Positions 1 through 11,911 of a stretch of 64,000 bases of DNA are shown piece after piece (the first letter of the stretch is position 1; each line of letters starts with the position of its first letter). The position numbers were made by a program, and so were the translations under genes. Below the pieces are notes generated by a model. The model saw only the letters and a list, made by a program, of their open reading frames with translations. It was not told the DNA's origin and did not search any database. Source of the DNA: Zootoca vivipara (Eukaryota); assembly GCF_963506605.1 (NCBI RefSeq), contig NC_083280.1, forward strand, positions 61,938,001-62,002,000. The letters are read 5' to 3'.

Positions 1-506
1 AAAGTAACTGTTCAATCCGGAGCATCCAAGACTCAAGAAGCAATTGCTTTATCAAAGACTGCCTTTTGGGACAACAAGGGCACCAAAAGCCACTTGTCAG
101 TCAAAGAGACCACGCATTACGTGTGGACGTAAAGATGTCTCTTTCTCTTTCCCAAATGCAGTGAAACAAAAAAGGCTGCGATCCTATACACCCTTACTTG
201 GGAGAAACTTCCACTCAGTTTAGTGGAACGTAAGTCCACGTAATGCATAGGCGGAATCCGACTGCGGATCCCGGTTAATAATTAGATCCATGAACCTTAC
301 TCACGAGTAAGTACATTTCCGGTGGCCGTTCAAGATCTTACTAGCCTGAGCCTTTCCCATTTGCTAGGGACCCAGCCCCGTGCCCTTCTAGAACGCGTGC
401 AGTGAAGTGTGTTAAAATAGGATTCCGGATTTACCGGGGATTTATCAGACAGATATGCAAAAGTCACAAAATAATGAGGGTATCCGTTGATTTGAACTGG
501 AATTAA

Positions 507-594
507 GACTGCAACCCTATATTTCCTTACCTGGGAGTGAATCCCTCTGAACTCAGCAGGGCTTACTTCTGAGTAGCCACTTAGGCTGGCACTG
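507..594. mobile_element. ~88-bp palindromic MITE-like element flanked by TAA (representative of >=20 degenerate copies in the window)
   Basis: TAA|GACTGCAACCCTAT...ACCTGGGAGTGAATCCCTCTGAACTCAGCAGGGCTTACTTCTGAGTA...TAGGCTGGCACTG|TAA; related copies at ~174-251, 652-726, 5595-5672, 7900-8392, 10431-10512, 11229-11282, 13270-13565, 23932-24002, 37098-37168, 42168-42232, 51378-51471 and 61678-61765. Confidence 0.75.
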
Positions 595-1569
595 TAAGGC
601 TGCGATGCAGGCATTCATTTCCACTTCAGTCAGAGACTTCCTAAAGCACCCGAGCAATGCTAATCACGTCTAATCGGAAGCAAGCCTTGCTTAATTCAAT
701 GGGGCCTGCTCCCAGGTTTGCAGCCTGAATACATTGAGGAGGAGGCAAGTCGCTATCCTCCCTAGTCTTATTTTCTGCTTTTTAAGTGCGCTATTGCTCA
801 GTACGAGACATTGGGCACAGATCATTGTCGTTCAAAACTCGTGAATTAGTTCGCCCCAAGCCAGCCACCATAACTGGACAGGCTGCCCGCCACGTTTGGG
901 TTTGCTCACGAAAAGGAATGATATAGATCAGACTCACCCAGAAGCACCTGTCTGATTCTGTGGCTCTTGAATCTAATAAGTACAGTAATTCTGGAGTTGG
1001 CTCGCGCGTCCTGTAGCTGAAGAAAATGGACGACTGCCGAAGAATTCTGTGCAGCCCGGGAACCTGCCAGAGAGCAGCCAAGTCACATCCACCTCCTCCA
1101 TCTGCCAGCTCCGGGTTTAAGGGCTTGTTTCGAACGCCTAAATTACGCGTCCGTTTAAAAACATGAACTCCGAGCTGAAAACGCTGGCTGCGAACACATG
1201 CTGTGCATTTCAAGCGCCTTTATTCCCTCCCAAAGAACCCTGGGCGCTGTAGTTTGTAAAGGGTTGCTGGGAATTGTAACTCTAAGAAAGGCGAACTACA
1301 GTACCCAGAATTCTTTGAGGGCGAGGGTGTGTTTCGAATGTGCTTTAAAGGTATCGTGTGTATGCAGTAATCCCGAGTAGAGGTGGCTTTTCCTTGCAAG
1401 GAGCTGAGTGGACGGCCCTACTAGGCTGCTGTGGACTTCGAGAGTTCAAAGGAAAGTTTTCTGGCACAGTAGTCATTCAACAGGTGCAGCTTCCCCACCA
1501 TCACTGCTTTTCCGTGCCAGAGCATTTTCACTTGCCTTATTACACTATTTGTCCGGCAGGGTCTCTTTC

Positions 1570-1604
1570 CCCCACCCCACCCCACCCCACCCCACCCCAC
1601 CCCC
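1570..1604. repeat. (CCCCA)n microsatellite, G-quadruplex-capable on the minus strand
   Basis: Six to seven CCCCA units read directly. Confidence 0.9.
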
Positions 1605-3014
1605 TCACCTGCCACCTGAGCCCTTTTGGAGAGATGTCAGGTGCTGAGCTGGCCCTGGGACCTTACGCAGGCAAAAAGCGTGGGCTCTAGTCTATCACTC
1701 AATTAGGGTCCCTCCCTTCTGCTTTAGCAGCAGGACCGTAGAAGGGGGTGGTCCTGTTTCGGAGCGGGAAGCATCCTTCGCTTAGGGCAGGCTGGCGAAA
1801 GTGCCCCTCCCTGCACCATAGGCTCGACGGAACCCCTCCGGGTAGCCAGCTGCGGCTTTCGAGTCCGGGTGAAAGTTTTTTTGCTTCCCACCGTTCCTCC
1901 CCCAATTCCCCCCACTTGGAACAACCCATTTAAGCCGTGTGCCTAGGTTGGCCGGCCTGTTCCAACTGTGCCTGGAAGGGAAGGTTAGGCAAACTCCGAG
2001 CTAGACTCGCCGAAAAAAACCTGCTCATTGACCCTGGGTGTAGTAGGGGAATCCTTTCGCTCGCTCACAAGGCCTCCAACGCCAATAGCATGTCTTTTCC
2101 GGAAGGGGCGGCCGCTCACAGCCGTTTGGGGTTAACTACAGAAGCACCATAGGGAAGAGATCCTTAGATCTTGTTTTAGCAAAATCCAATTCAGAGTTCT
2201 AAACTGCAGACTGTCGTCTGGTTTCCTGCTTTGACCAAGTGTCTAATTTCCAGCGATCAAAGTTGTGGACATTTCTCCCTCTTCCAAAGGATATGTAATT
2301 CTTCCAATGTATAGCCTACATACAGTATATATATATATATATCTCCTTTGGATGGGCTGGAGAACCAGCTGCTTGCAACTGTCAGCTCCATTTAAGTTAA
2401 GAAGACTCACAGGAAAGTTCCCACTATAAGCACATTTAGGCAAGTCAGCGGCTGTGTACATAGATTTAATTTGGATACAGGTGTGTATAAGAGTATTTAG
2501 GTTTAGGACCCTGTGAAGGTGCATTCCACAACTTGATTCAACAAGTTTCTGTTGCACTCTTGCTGCTGAAGTCAATAGTGTTACTTCAGTGTTAAGCGTT
2601 TTTCGGATTAGCTCCTGCCACTGGACTATGAGGAACACTAGGAACCAAATTGGAATGTCTTTCTCATGTTGTAGGTTTTCTCAGTGCTTTGGGATCCTAG
2701 GACTGAATATATATTGTTGATGCAAGGTCTCAGTATTGCACATAGGGAAATATAAAAGTGTTTCTTAGCATGTGCAGAGCACATTTCCCACTTCATCTGT
2801 TCCCAGTTCATCAGGGGAGTAAGCCAGCATCCACCCTCAGTTGGGAGACATTTGGGTTGAAAGGAATTTCTGGTCAGGGGTGCAATGTCTTTGTAGGATT
2901 CATTTCTCATTCCTGGAATCAGCTCTAGGACCCAGTGTTTAAAAAATTCTTTTACAGTACATGCAATCCATTTTTGCAGTTTACATGAAAAACATCTTCA
3001 ATCTTCCATCCTAT

Positions 3015-3215
3015 CCATAGAAACACAGGAAAATCAGTCCATTGGTTCATCTAGTTTGATACATCTACACTGACTGACAGCAGGTTGTCAGAGTTTCAGA
3101 TACGGTTTCCACCCCCCACCCCCACCCCCAGCTCAACCTGGAGATATTGGGAAATTTAACCTGCTACCTTTTGCATGCAAAATATGATGTGGTATCGCTG
3201 AGCTATGCCCCTTCC
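3015..3215 (-). mobile_element. Older tRNA-derived SINE with CR1-like tail (family also at ~44150-44295, 45530-45705, 48078-48258, 54357-54540)
   Basis: Shared motifs CTACACTGACT..., ACCTGGAGAT..GGGA.TTGAACC...TGCATGCAAA...CTGAGCTATG across copies; family name not assigned. Confidence 0.6.
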
Positions 3216-3228
3216 CATTCAGCTCAGC

Positions 3229-3500
3229 GGGATTTACTCCTGTGGGTTAAACTACAGAGCCTAGGGCTTGCAGATCAGAAGGTCGGCTGTTCCAATCCCC
3301 GTGACAGGGTGAGCTCCCGTTGCTCGGTCCCAGCTCCTGCCAACCTAGCAGTTTGAAAGCACGTCAAAGTGCAAGTAGATAAATAGGTACCACTACAGCA
3401 GGAAGGCAAACAGCGTTTCCATGTGTTGCTCTGAGTGCCGCAACCCCAGAGTCGGTCACGACTGGACCTAATGGTTAGGGGTCCCATTACCTTTACCTTT
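3229..3500 (+). mobile_element. Sauria/Squam1-type SINE, internally deleted
   Basis: tRNA-like head (TGTGGGTTAAAC...GAGCCTAGGGCTTG...), core GCAGTTTGAAAGCACGTCAAAGTGCAAGTAGATAAATAGGTACC, (ACCTTT)n tail. Confidence 0.88.
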
Positions 3501-4497
3501 AAACATGCCTTAAGTCTGTAACACATTACTTCTGAAGCTTGTGAAAGTGGGATGCAAAGTGAAAATTTCAATCAAAATTTATATTCTAGCCAGTGTGTGG
3601 TTTCACATCTGAATTAAGGGCATGAGGAATGGAAACGCATGACCAGCACACCATGCGCAGATCACTGTGCGGTGCTGATTTATTTCACAAAGTTCCATCA
3701 GTTTACTTGTTCTATAATTCTGGGGCTACAAAAGGGCTTCCAGTTAAGTAACTTGAATATTCTGGAGGACATTCATCTTGTTTATAAAATCTTAAGCGGG
3801 GAGGCTGATCCTTTTGTCTGAGACTCTGTTTGACTTCGAGAGAATCATACCCTTGTCAGTGAAACCAGGATAATGGCCACTTCCTGAGTCCATATTCATA
3901 GCCACTAACACAGATGAAATCTGCACCTCACTCATAAATATGCACAGGGAGGAAAATACATTATCTGTCCCCTTCCTTCTCATATATCACAGGCTGGTTA
4001 CAGGGTCTTAACGGAAGCCTCATTGGGGTTAAGCAATCTTGATTTATATGCCTGCAACCCTGAAGAGGTTCACAACTTGGCTGTAGAAAGCCTCAATGGA
4101 CCCAGAGGCTCCATTCTCAAAAGGGCTCTCATGAACAAAGGGGCAGGCAGGGGAGGGGAGTCTTCCATTTTCCTTAAGAATTTAGGCAGACGTTTTAGCT
4201 AGGAGTGTTCAGGGTAAACTGCCACCTTTTAGTTGAAAACTCTCGGGCTGGCTTCCAGCAAAGCCTTCCCTGTTGTAGACATCTCACAGTAGCTGGCTTG
4301 GAGGATAGCGTTGTGGGGCTTGGGCTAGTCTTGAGAATAACTATTATTATTATTACTATTGTTTATTATGATGGGCAGAACACAACCAACTGGTAGGGGT
4401 GCCATTAAAGGGAGGGACAAACACACAGAGAGAGAAAGATCCACGTTTCAGACTGCAAGCGATTCAAAACGCTGCTTTTGACCTTCATAGCTTAGGA

Positions 4498-4633
4498 CAG
4501 GCACCCCCAAACTTCAGCCCTCCAGATGTTTTGGACTACAATTCCCATCATCCCTGACCACTAGTCTTGTTAGCTAGGGATCATGGGAGTTGTAGGCCAA
4601 AACATCTGGAGGGCCGCAGTTTGGGGATGCCTG
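4498..4633. mobile_element. 136-bp palindromic hAT MITE
   Basis: TIR CAGGCA(C/T)CCCCAAACT; perfect 8-bp TSD GCTTAGGA (4490-4497 / 4634-4641). Confidence 0.92.
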
Positions 4634-5719
4634 GCTTAGGACCAAGGTACTATCTTATGCACCTACCGCTTTTTTCAAAGCAAGGCCTTCAGCGGTGGGT
4701 GTTTGTGGTGCCTCCACTATCAGAGGTGACTACCAGAGAGAGGGTCTTCTGAGTGGTGGCTCCCCAGATGTGGAATTCTTTCCCCAGAAACATTAACCTG
4801 GGAAAGAGCCGTACCTGGCAAGCTTTTTGGTGCCAGGCTCAGAGCTTTTTATTTCCACAAACCTGCAGACTGATTTATGCTACTTTTGAGTATTTTTTAC
4901 TTTTGCTTGCCTATTTTAAATTGTTTTATTCTTTTTTTTTTTGTAAGCCACCAGAATAAGATTGCCCGGCAGTATGAAAATTTCCAAAACAAACAAAGTA
5001 AAATTATATTCACAGGTGCCTATGTCTGCAAAACATAGGACAGAGGAACAAATTTCCTTGCTTTGAAAAAAGCGGATGATCACCTTGGGTTGATAACATT
5101 ACACTATAGCGATCCTGAGGTATAAAAATATAACTCTTAAAATAGGCTGCATTCTTGCATTTGCAATTTTGAACATGCTGAAGAGCAGGGTTTGACTTTG
5201 CTAAAATATCTTGTTCTGCATCCTTTTCCTGCAGGAAGGGCGAGATGGCCGACTCAGGCAACAGAATTGGGGAAAGGAGCATCACGCTGTTATGTATTTA
5301 GATTATTAGTCTGCTACCACTGTGGGCATCATCACTGGGATTGTGTGCCACAGCCACAAAGCAGTCCTCGACCATTTATGCTTCCCCTAAAAATCTGAAG
5401 GGACAGGTCTGCCAGCTTCACTCTCCAACTCTATATATGCTCACTTGGAACTTAGGTTCATTCACAATGAAAGGCCAAACCTTATTTTCTGAGTTGCCAA
5501 AGCAGGACTAACCTCTTCCTGCCCCTCAGAGCAACTTCAGGCCCTTCTAAACAAGTTGAGACCCTGGATCTTTCCATAAAGGTTCTGTACTCCTGTGCAT
5601 GTCTGCTCAAGAAGAAGCCCCATTGAGTTCAGTGAAACCTACTCCCAAGTAAGTAAATGTAGGAATGCAGACTTAAACAGCTTTGCTTCTCCTGTGCTAT
5701 TTGTGTGCCCGTACGAAGT

Positions 5720-5988
5720 GGGATGCGGGTGGCGCTGTGGGTTAAACCACACAGCGACGGGGTGAGCTCCCGTTGCTCAGTCCCTGCTCCTGCCAACCTA
5801 GCAGTTTGAAAGCACCTCAAAGTGCAAGTAGATAAATAGGTACCACTCCGGCGGGAAGGTAAACGGCATTTCCATGTGCTGCTCTGGTTCGCCAGAAGCG
5901 GCTTTGTCATGCTGGCCACATGACCTGGAAGCTGTACGATGGCTCCCTCGCAACTGGACCTAATGGTCAGGGGTCCCTTTACCTTTAC
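5720..5988 (+). mobile_element. Sauria/Squam1-type SINE
   Basis: GGGATGCGGGTGGCGCTGTGGGTTAAACCAC head, conserved core, GGGGTCCCTTTACCTTTAC tail. Confidence 0.9.
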
Positions 5989-7393
5989 AAAGTACTGACC
6001 TTTACATTGACAAGCAACTGCATCGAAACTGGTTGGAAGCACTGCAAAAAGAGCAGTTCACATTCCCATTTCAACCACTTTGGGCCGCTTGCTTGTGTTT
6101 TCCATTTGACTGGAAGCCCTGCATGATCACCAGAGAGCCGCACACTTTCTCCACGTGGCCTCGCACACTAGCTGGAGGAACCAATGGCAGCAACCTTTAC
6201 AGCATGGCAAGTTTCACATGTGAACTGCAGTTGTGCAAAGCAGAAGCTGAGATACCATCAAAAGAGTAATGGGTGCAATTTACAAATCATTTCTGCAAAT
6301 GTTTCCTACTACCAGTGCACCCCCTGCCAAAAGTGGAGTGCTGGGTACTCCCAACCATATTTAGGTATTCAAATTTTGATTTAAAGAACCAAGTGGAGGG
6401 GGGCTACCTTTTTTAATGGCTCCTATGTCTTTAACAGCTGCGACACACACACAGATATTCAACAGAGGAAGCTTTTTTCAGCAGGCCAATACAGACTTGG
6501 GAGCATAATCTACTGCAATCCAGCTCAGGCACTCTGAAATCCCTACATGCGTTGTGTTGCTGTGTGACTCAGTTCCATAAAGGAAGCTTCTGAACCAGTG
6601 CACCACACTGACACGCAATACTTCCTGAGAGCAAATCACTTAAGACACTGTGGCTTTAAGAAAAAATAAGAATGGTGCAATAGAAGCAGCACCTGTTGTA
6701 CCAGATAGTTAAGAAACTCAAGCTGTTATCAATGGGTAAAGCTTTTTCCAGCATCTGAAGTGAGACTGCATCTCTGCTTGTCACTACAGCTGTGAAAGGC
6801 CCTGGTAGAAAAAGTTGCTAGCCCTGAAATTATTACCCATCCCGTTCTGGCCTGGAAATGTTTCCTTCCATAGCAAAGCAATGCCCTTGCAATCTCGCTC
6901 CCAGGAAAGCATTTTATTTTTAGACCTATCAAACCCCACTTAACACGCAGATTACAACTGCACCTGGGATGCAATCCAGTTCCCATTGAAGTCAATCGTG
7001 ACACTCCCGTGAATGATAAATAAATCAATATCTCAGCCTGACTTGGAAATACATGCCACTGAAAATCAGTGAGAGTTGCTTCTGAATTGAAGATCCTTGT
7101 TGCCTATTCAAACCAGTCCAGGAGCGGAAATAGTATTCTAGCTTTTGCAACAGGCATCTGTTATGGGGTAGTCCCCTTTACTAAGTCAAGTATGGGTCTA
7201 TGGGTCTGATTGTGTAGAATACATACATAGAAACTGACCAGATTTTTTTTATATTAAAAAAAACCTTAAGGAAACAGTAAGTCAAGAATATATTGGTTCC
7301 AAACAAGAGCACAGAGAGACGAAACTCCAAGGAAGTTGTCATACCACCACACCCAAAGGCTGAAATTGTCCAGAGGAGAAGCTTGTTAAATAA

Positions 7394-7399
7394 TTTATT
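7394..7399 (-). terminator. Candidate NKX6-2 polyadenylation signal AATAAA (implies ~1.6-kb 3'UTR)
   Basis: Minus strand reads TGTATAAATCAATAAATTATTTAAC, downstream of U-rich UTR-like sequence; usage is inferred. Confidence 0.5.
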
Positions 7400-9001
7400 G
7401 ATTTATACAAAGTCTTTCCAACTGTAAGAGTTTGGAGCCAACCGAAAATCAAGTAATGCAGTGCTTTCTCCCTTATTCTCTTTAGAAAAGAACAAAAGAA
7501 ATTCAAAGGAAAGGGAAGGTAAACGAAAGCATCCAAACCCCAAAACAAAAGAGGCGAGAAAAACGCTTTTTTTTTACACTAGAAATATACATCACAAAAA
7601 AAATCTGCGATTTCCTATATACAAAGCGGCTGAGTTGGAATCTGGGACCCATATACAAAACAGTAACAAAATCTTGATTGTTAGGAGCAGGAGAGCTACC
7701 ACAGAAGGGGGAGAAGGGGGTTGCTGTGGGTGGCAAGTATTATCAACAACAAAAAGGCAGCCGTCCTGAGTACAAATAATTCCACCCCATCAGAAGCTCA
7801 TTTATTTCCCAGTCAGTTCCTCTGATTTAAAATGAAACTGTATTTCCAAGTGTTTTGTAGGATAGGGATGTGACTGGGAACTAAGCTCCATTGCAAACTA
7901 AGGCTGCCACCCTTAAGGATGGTTACTACAGAATGAATCTCACTGGACTCAGTGGAACCTACTGTATTTTAAAGGAAATATGCCTGTTCTTCATGCACAG
8001 CTCCACCCAATCTTATCCATTTTTACTCAGAAGTAAGCCCCAGTAAGAACACTGCATCAGGAAATAACCCAATCCTAAGCACTTTAGCAGCACAATCCTA
8101 AACACATCCACTCTGAAATAACAGTGCAATCCCATACAAGTTGCTCAGATCTAGATCCTATTCAGGGGCTCTTACTCCAGAGTCAGTTTGCATAAAATTG
8201 CATGCAACCTTTACAGCAAGATCCTGAGGAGTAAAGTCCTATTGAGTTCAATGGGGCTTCCTCCCTCGTAGGAGTGCGTTTAGGATTGCCGTTGAAGAGA
8301 ATCGCTCCGCATTAACAATGTTTACTCAAAAGTAAGCCCTACTGAGTTCAATGGGACTTACCTCCTAGTAAGCAGGCTGAGGATCGCAGCTGAATTGAGC
8401 GGCAAAGTCTTTTTTTCTATTTGGATGGAGCTACGTTTTCCAGGGACGCCTGCTTTTAAGGTCAGGTGATTTGGCTGCCCCTTCCCCAAAGTCCATTTGC
8501 TCTGAGCAGTTTTCTTTTTTACGCTAATCTGAATAGGGGTTGGTTGGGCATCATGGCGGCTGTTTTGTTTCCAAATGTAGAATGGGGGTAAAAGGGGGTG
8601 GGGTGGCAGGGTTGGAAATGGAAAATAAACCAGGGTCGAGTTACCCATAAAAGTTGGAAAGCTTTTCTTGCGGGTTTTTTTTTTGTGTGTGTGTGTGTGT
8701 TTGGTTTCCTTCCTTCCTGTGCGAGCGACGCGGCTGTGCGTTTGGAGAGTGCGCACCGTCGGAGAGCAAAGGGGCGCTGCTCCTTGGTTCCCATAACTTA
8801 ATTCTGTCCAAAATATATATACACACACGTTATTCCCCCCCATAAGTGGCGGGCTGTACAAGACGTCGCGGCGGCCAGTCCCGAGGCTGGCTGGGGCTGG
8901 CGGCGTCGGCGGCTACCCTGCTTGGCCGGAGGGAACGGGAGGGTCGGGCAGGCGAGAGGGGGTGGCGGGGCGGGCGAGGGCGAGGCAAGGCACGGCCGCA
9001 G

Positions 9002-9286
9002 TCACGACGGCTCCGAGGCGTTGCTGCAGGGGCTGAGCAGGGCCAGCGGGCCCGACGACACCGCGGCGGCGGCGGCAGCTGCAGCGGCCGCCTTGTGCTT
9101 CTTGAGGAGCCGCGTGATCTTCTCGTCGTCCGAGTTGGGGTCGAGAGGCTTGTTGTACTCGTCGTCGTCCTCGTTCTCCGAGCTCTCCTTCAACTTCTCC
9201 GTCTCCGAGTCGTGCTTCTTCTTGGCCGACGCCATCTCCGCCGCATGCCGCTTCCTCCACTTCGTCCTCCGGTTCTGGAACCACAC
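9002..9286 (-). CDS. NKX6-2: Nkx-6.2 coding exon 3 (helix 3, acidic C-terminal domain, stop)
   Basis: Acceptor cag|GTG; [65 protein letters not shown]...EPS*; the three exons join in frame to 296 aa. Confidence 0.97.
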   Translation of the reverse strand: MWFQNRRTKWRKRHAAEMASAKKKHDSETEKLKESSENEDDDEYNKPLDPNSDDEKITRLLKKHKAAAAAAAAAAVSSGPLALLSPCSNASEPS

Positions 9287-11911
9287 CTGGGACGCAGAGC
9301 CAGGGAGAGGGAGAGAAAGAAAGAGACAGAAAGAGGAGGAGGGAGGGGAAGACAAAAACACACACACATCTTTGGTCACGAGTGTCTCCAGGGCGCAAGT
9401 CACAAAGGTTAAAAACAACAACCCCCCAACCCTGATCCGCAAGAGAAACAATCGGGGTGCGCTGGTACCCGGCTGTGCGGCGCAGGGGTTAGAGTCTCGT
9501 CTCGGACTCGGACCTGAGAGACCAGGGTTCAAAATCGCCACTAGACAGGGAAGAATTACTAACAAAGTTACTTGCTAAGGAAGCCAAAACCAAGTCTACT
9601 TGGAAGTAAACCCCATCACTCCCAGATGACTTTTCACAGGGATGTTGCCCCATTACTTCCAAGTTGCGCATGCTCTTTCCAAGGAAGCACAGGAAGGTGC
9701 TTATTTCCAGGAAACCTGGAGGGCAACCATCCCTGAGGTCCGGTTCACTCCTAAAATCTTAGAATCCCAACCCACTTGCATTGGGGAAGGGGTAGGTAGA
9801 GCATGGTGGCCCCATCTGTCGGCCAGAAGAGGAGCAGCTGCAGGGAGCAGGGGTTTCCTTTCTTCTTCCTGCCAGAAAGAACTGTACAAACTTTGGAACT
9901 CAGAACTAGTGCTGAAGCTTGCTTTCCCCCTACTCCCACTCAGTCTTATTTTCCTTTCCCATCATGGCCTTTTTGATAGCCTTTGGGTTTGGGTTTGTTT
10001 GTTCTTGGTGGAAAAGAGGGTAAAAAATCCTGTAAATAAATATTGGCTGAATGTAGGCAATTTTGTTTGACCCTGTTCTGGCTTGGCCAAAGGAAGGCAC
10101 AGGCAGGCATCTATACCCATCCTATATTCTATATCTGCATACAGCTCCACACACCCACACCAAGCTCACGATCCACCAGGGCATGCACACGCGCGCACAC
10201 ACACACGCCACCTTGGTAGCTAACCATTCCCAAAGACACAGATCTCCGGAAACCTGCCCTCATCCACATCTTATGCTATCCCATCACTTTGCATCCTATT
10301 GGATCCCTGCTCCAAAAGCATCACACCCCTGGATTTCTCAGCCCAGACCTCAACTTCAGCGGCAGGTGGCTTTCAAGCAGGTTCTCTTTAAGTCATGCTC
10401 TGAGCTAAGTTAATGCTCAGTGTCCTTTGATGGCTGCCTTCTCCCTGCTTATCTAGAAGCAAACCCCACTGAACTCAATGGGACTTATTGCTTAGTACAG
10501 AGGATTGTGGTGTTAGGGCAGCTGATTTCATTCCCTTCATACATACTGGGACGTAAATGACACCAAACCCCAAAAGGCTTACTTTCATGTAAGCCAAATC
10601 AAGCCTTAACAAGAAAGGTGTGACTCTCCCCATCTCCTGAATCCATAAATTTCTGAGTGGCATTTAAATCTAGCCCCTTTTGCATGAAAAAGAGGGGGGA
10701 AATATTACTTGTGGGAAAGTAGATCAAATCCTGCAAAACCCACTGAGGAGTAAACATGCATCATGTTCCAGCTTCAAGTGTACAGAAATATGGTATAGGA
10801 AGCCAATTTTTAGGCCTCATAAAAGCACTGGGGGTCTTGACAGGAGACATTTGTCTGGTTATTTTGAGGTTTTATTACTGGCCTTCGAGAACAGTAGGAA
10901 AACCAGAATCTGAGGATGTTATTTCATGGGAAACTGAGTGCTGACAAATGAACTGCTCAAATAAGACACTGGGACCCCATTGGAAAGCCATGACGGGAAC
11001 TAAGATGGCAATCCTAACAGAGTAAGATCCACTGAATGCAATGCACTTTAAAAAACTGAAATTGCCTCTCAATCCAAATGCAGAATTTCTTGTGATGAAA
11101 TCAGAAAAATATCTGTTGATAATATTTTTTAAAAATCCCACGTTTTCCATAAACTTATGAGATCATGAGTTTGTAAGCCTCCCCCTCCATTGATCAAGGA
11201 ATGACCCACCTCATGTTAAACACTTTTGCAGTGCAGTCCTACACGTGTCTACTCAGAAGTAAGCCACGCTGAGTTCACTGTTTCTCATTCAAAAGTCAGA
11301 CTCTATTATGATCGAATCAAATTTCAACTAACGATGAGGAAAATGGCGATGTGTGTGTTAAAGAGCAAGAAATGTCTTGGCTATAAATATTGTTTCAACT
11401 CTACATTTTAAAAACAACTTATGCTTTTAAAGTGTTCTGCCTTTTTATAGGGGGGGGGGGGAAATAACAAGACGGCAGGAACACACACCCCCAATCCCTT
11501 GCAAACACATTTTATAATCCGTCCACAACCTTAATAAATTAATTTTCAGTGCAACCTTATACATTATTTCTAGGAAGGAAATGGATTGAATAGTGGGGAA
11601 TATTTGCGATCAGCTTGCTCATCTCTCTGCCCTTGGGAAGAACTCCAGAAGAGCCCTTAAAGGACACAGATCGGCTGAGGCCAGTTTATTTGTAAGCAAA
11701 CCAGCTTAGGACTGAGGAGCTACAAGATTTAAATTTAGTGTCTTTGAGCTTCTCTTAATTATGACTTTTAAAAATAATTAGAATTAGTAAGATATTTATT
11801 TTGGTAGAGGGAAGATACTAAGTCTATCAGATACAGTAAACAGCAAAGCTGTGTGACATCTCATGGTTAGAAAAAATGAAACAGGCTTTAGCGGGCTCGA
11901 CAAGACTAATA

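Noticed and set aside
1-7300. Expected 3' exons of INPP5A, the usual tail-to-tail neighbour of NKX6-2
   Set aside because: I could not find the GDHKPV or CCVVQ-type terminal coding sequence; it presumably lies outside the window.
9287-9565. N-terminal extension of the 187-aa ORF containing NKX6-2 exon 3
   Set aside because: Intronic read-through upstream of the canonical acceptor at 9287-9288; it includes SINE-like and pyrimidine-tract sequence.
8846-9578. Plus-strand ORFs (188 and 218 aa) and similar ones at 14593-15593
   Set aside because: Antisense shadows of GC-rich NKX6-2 exons.
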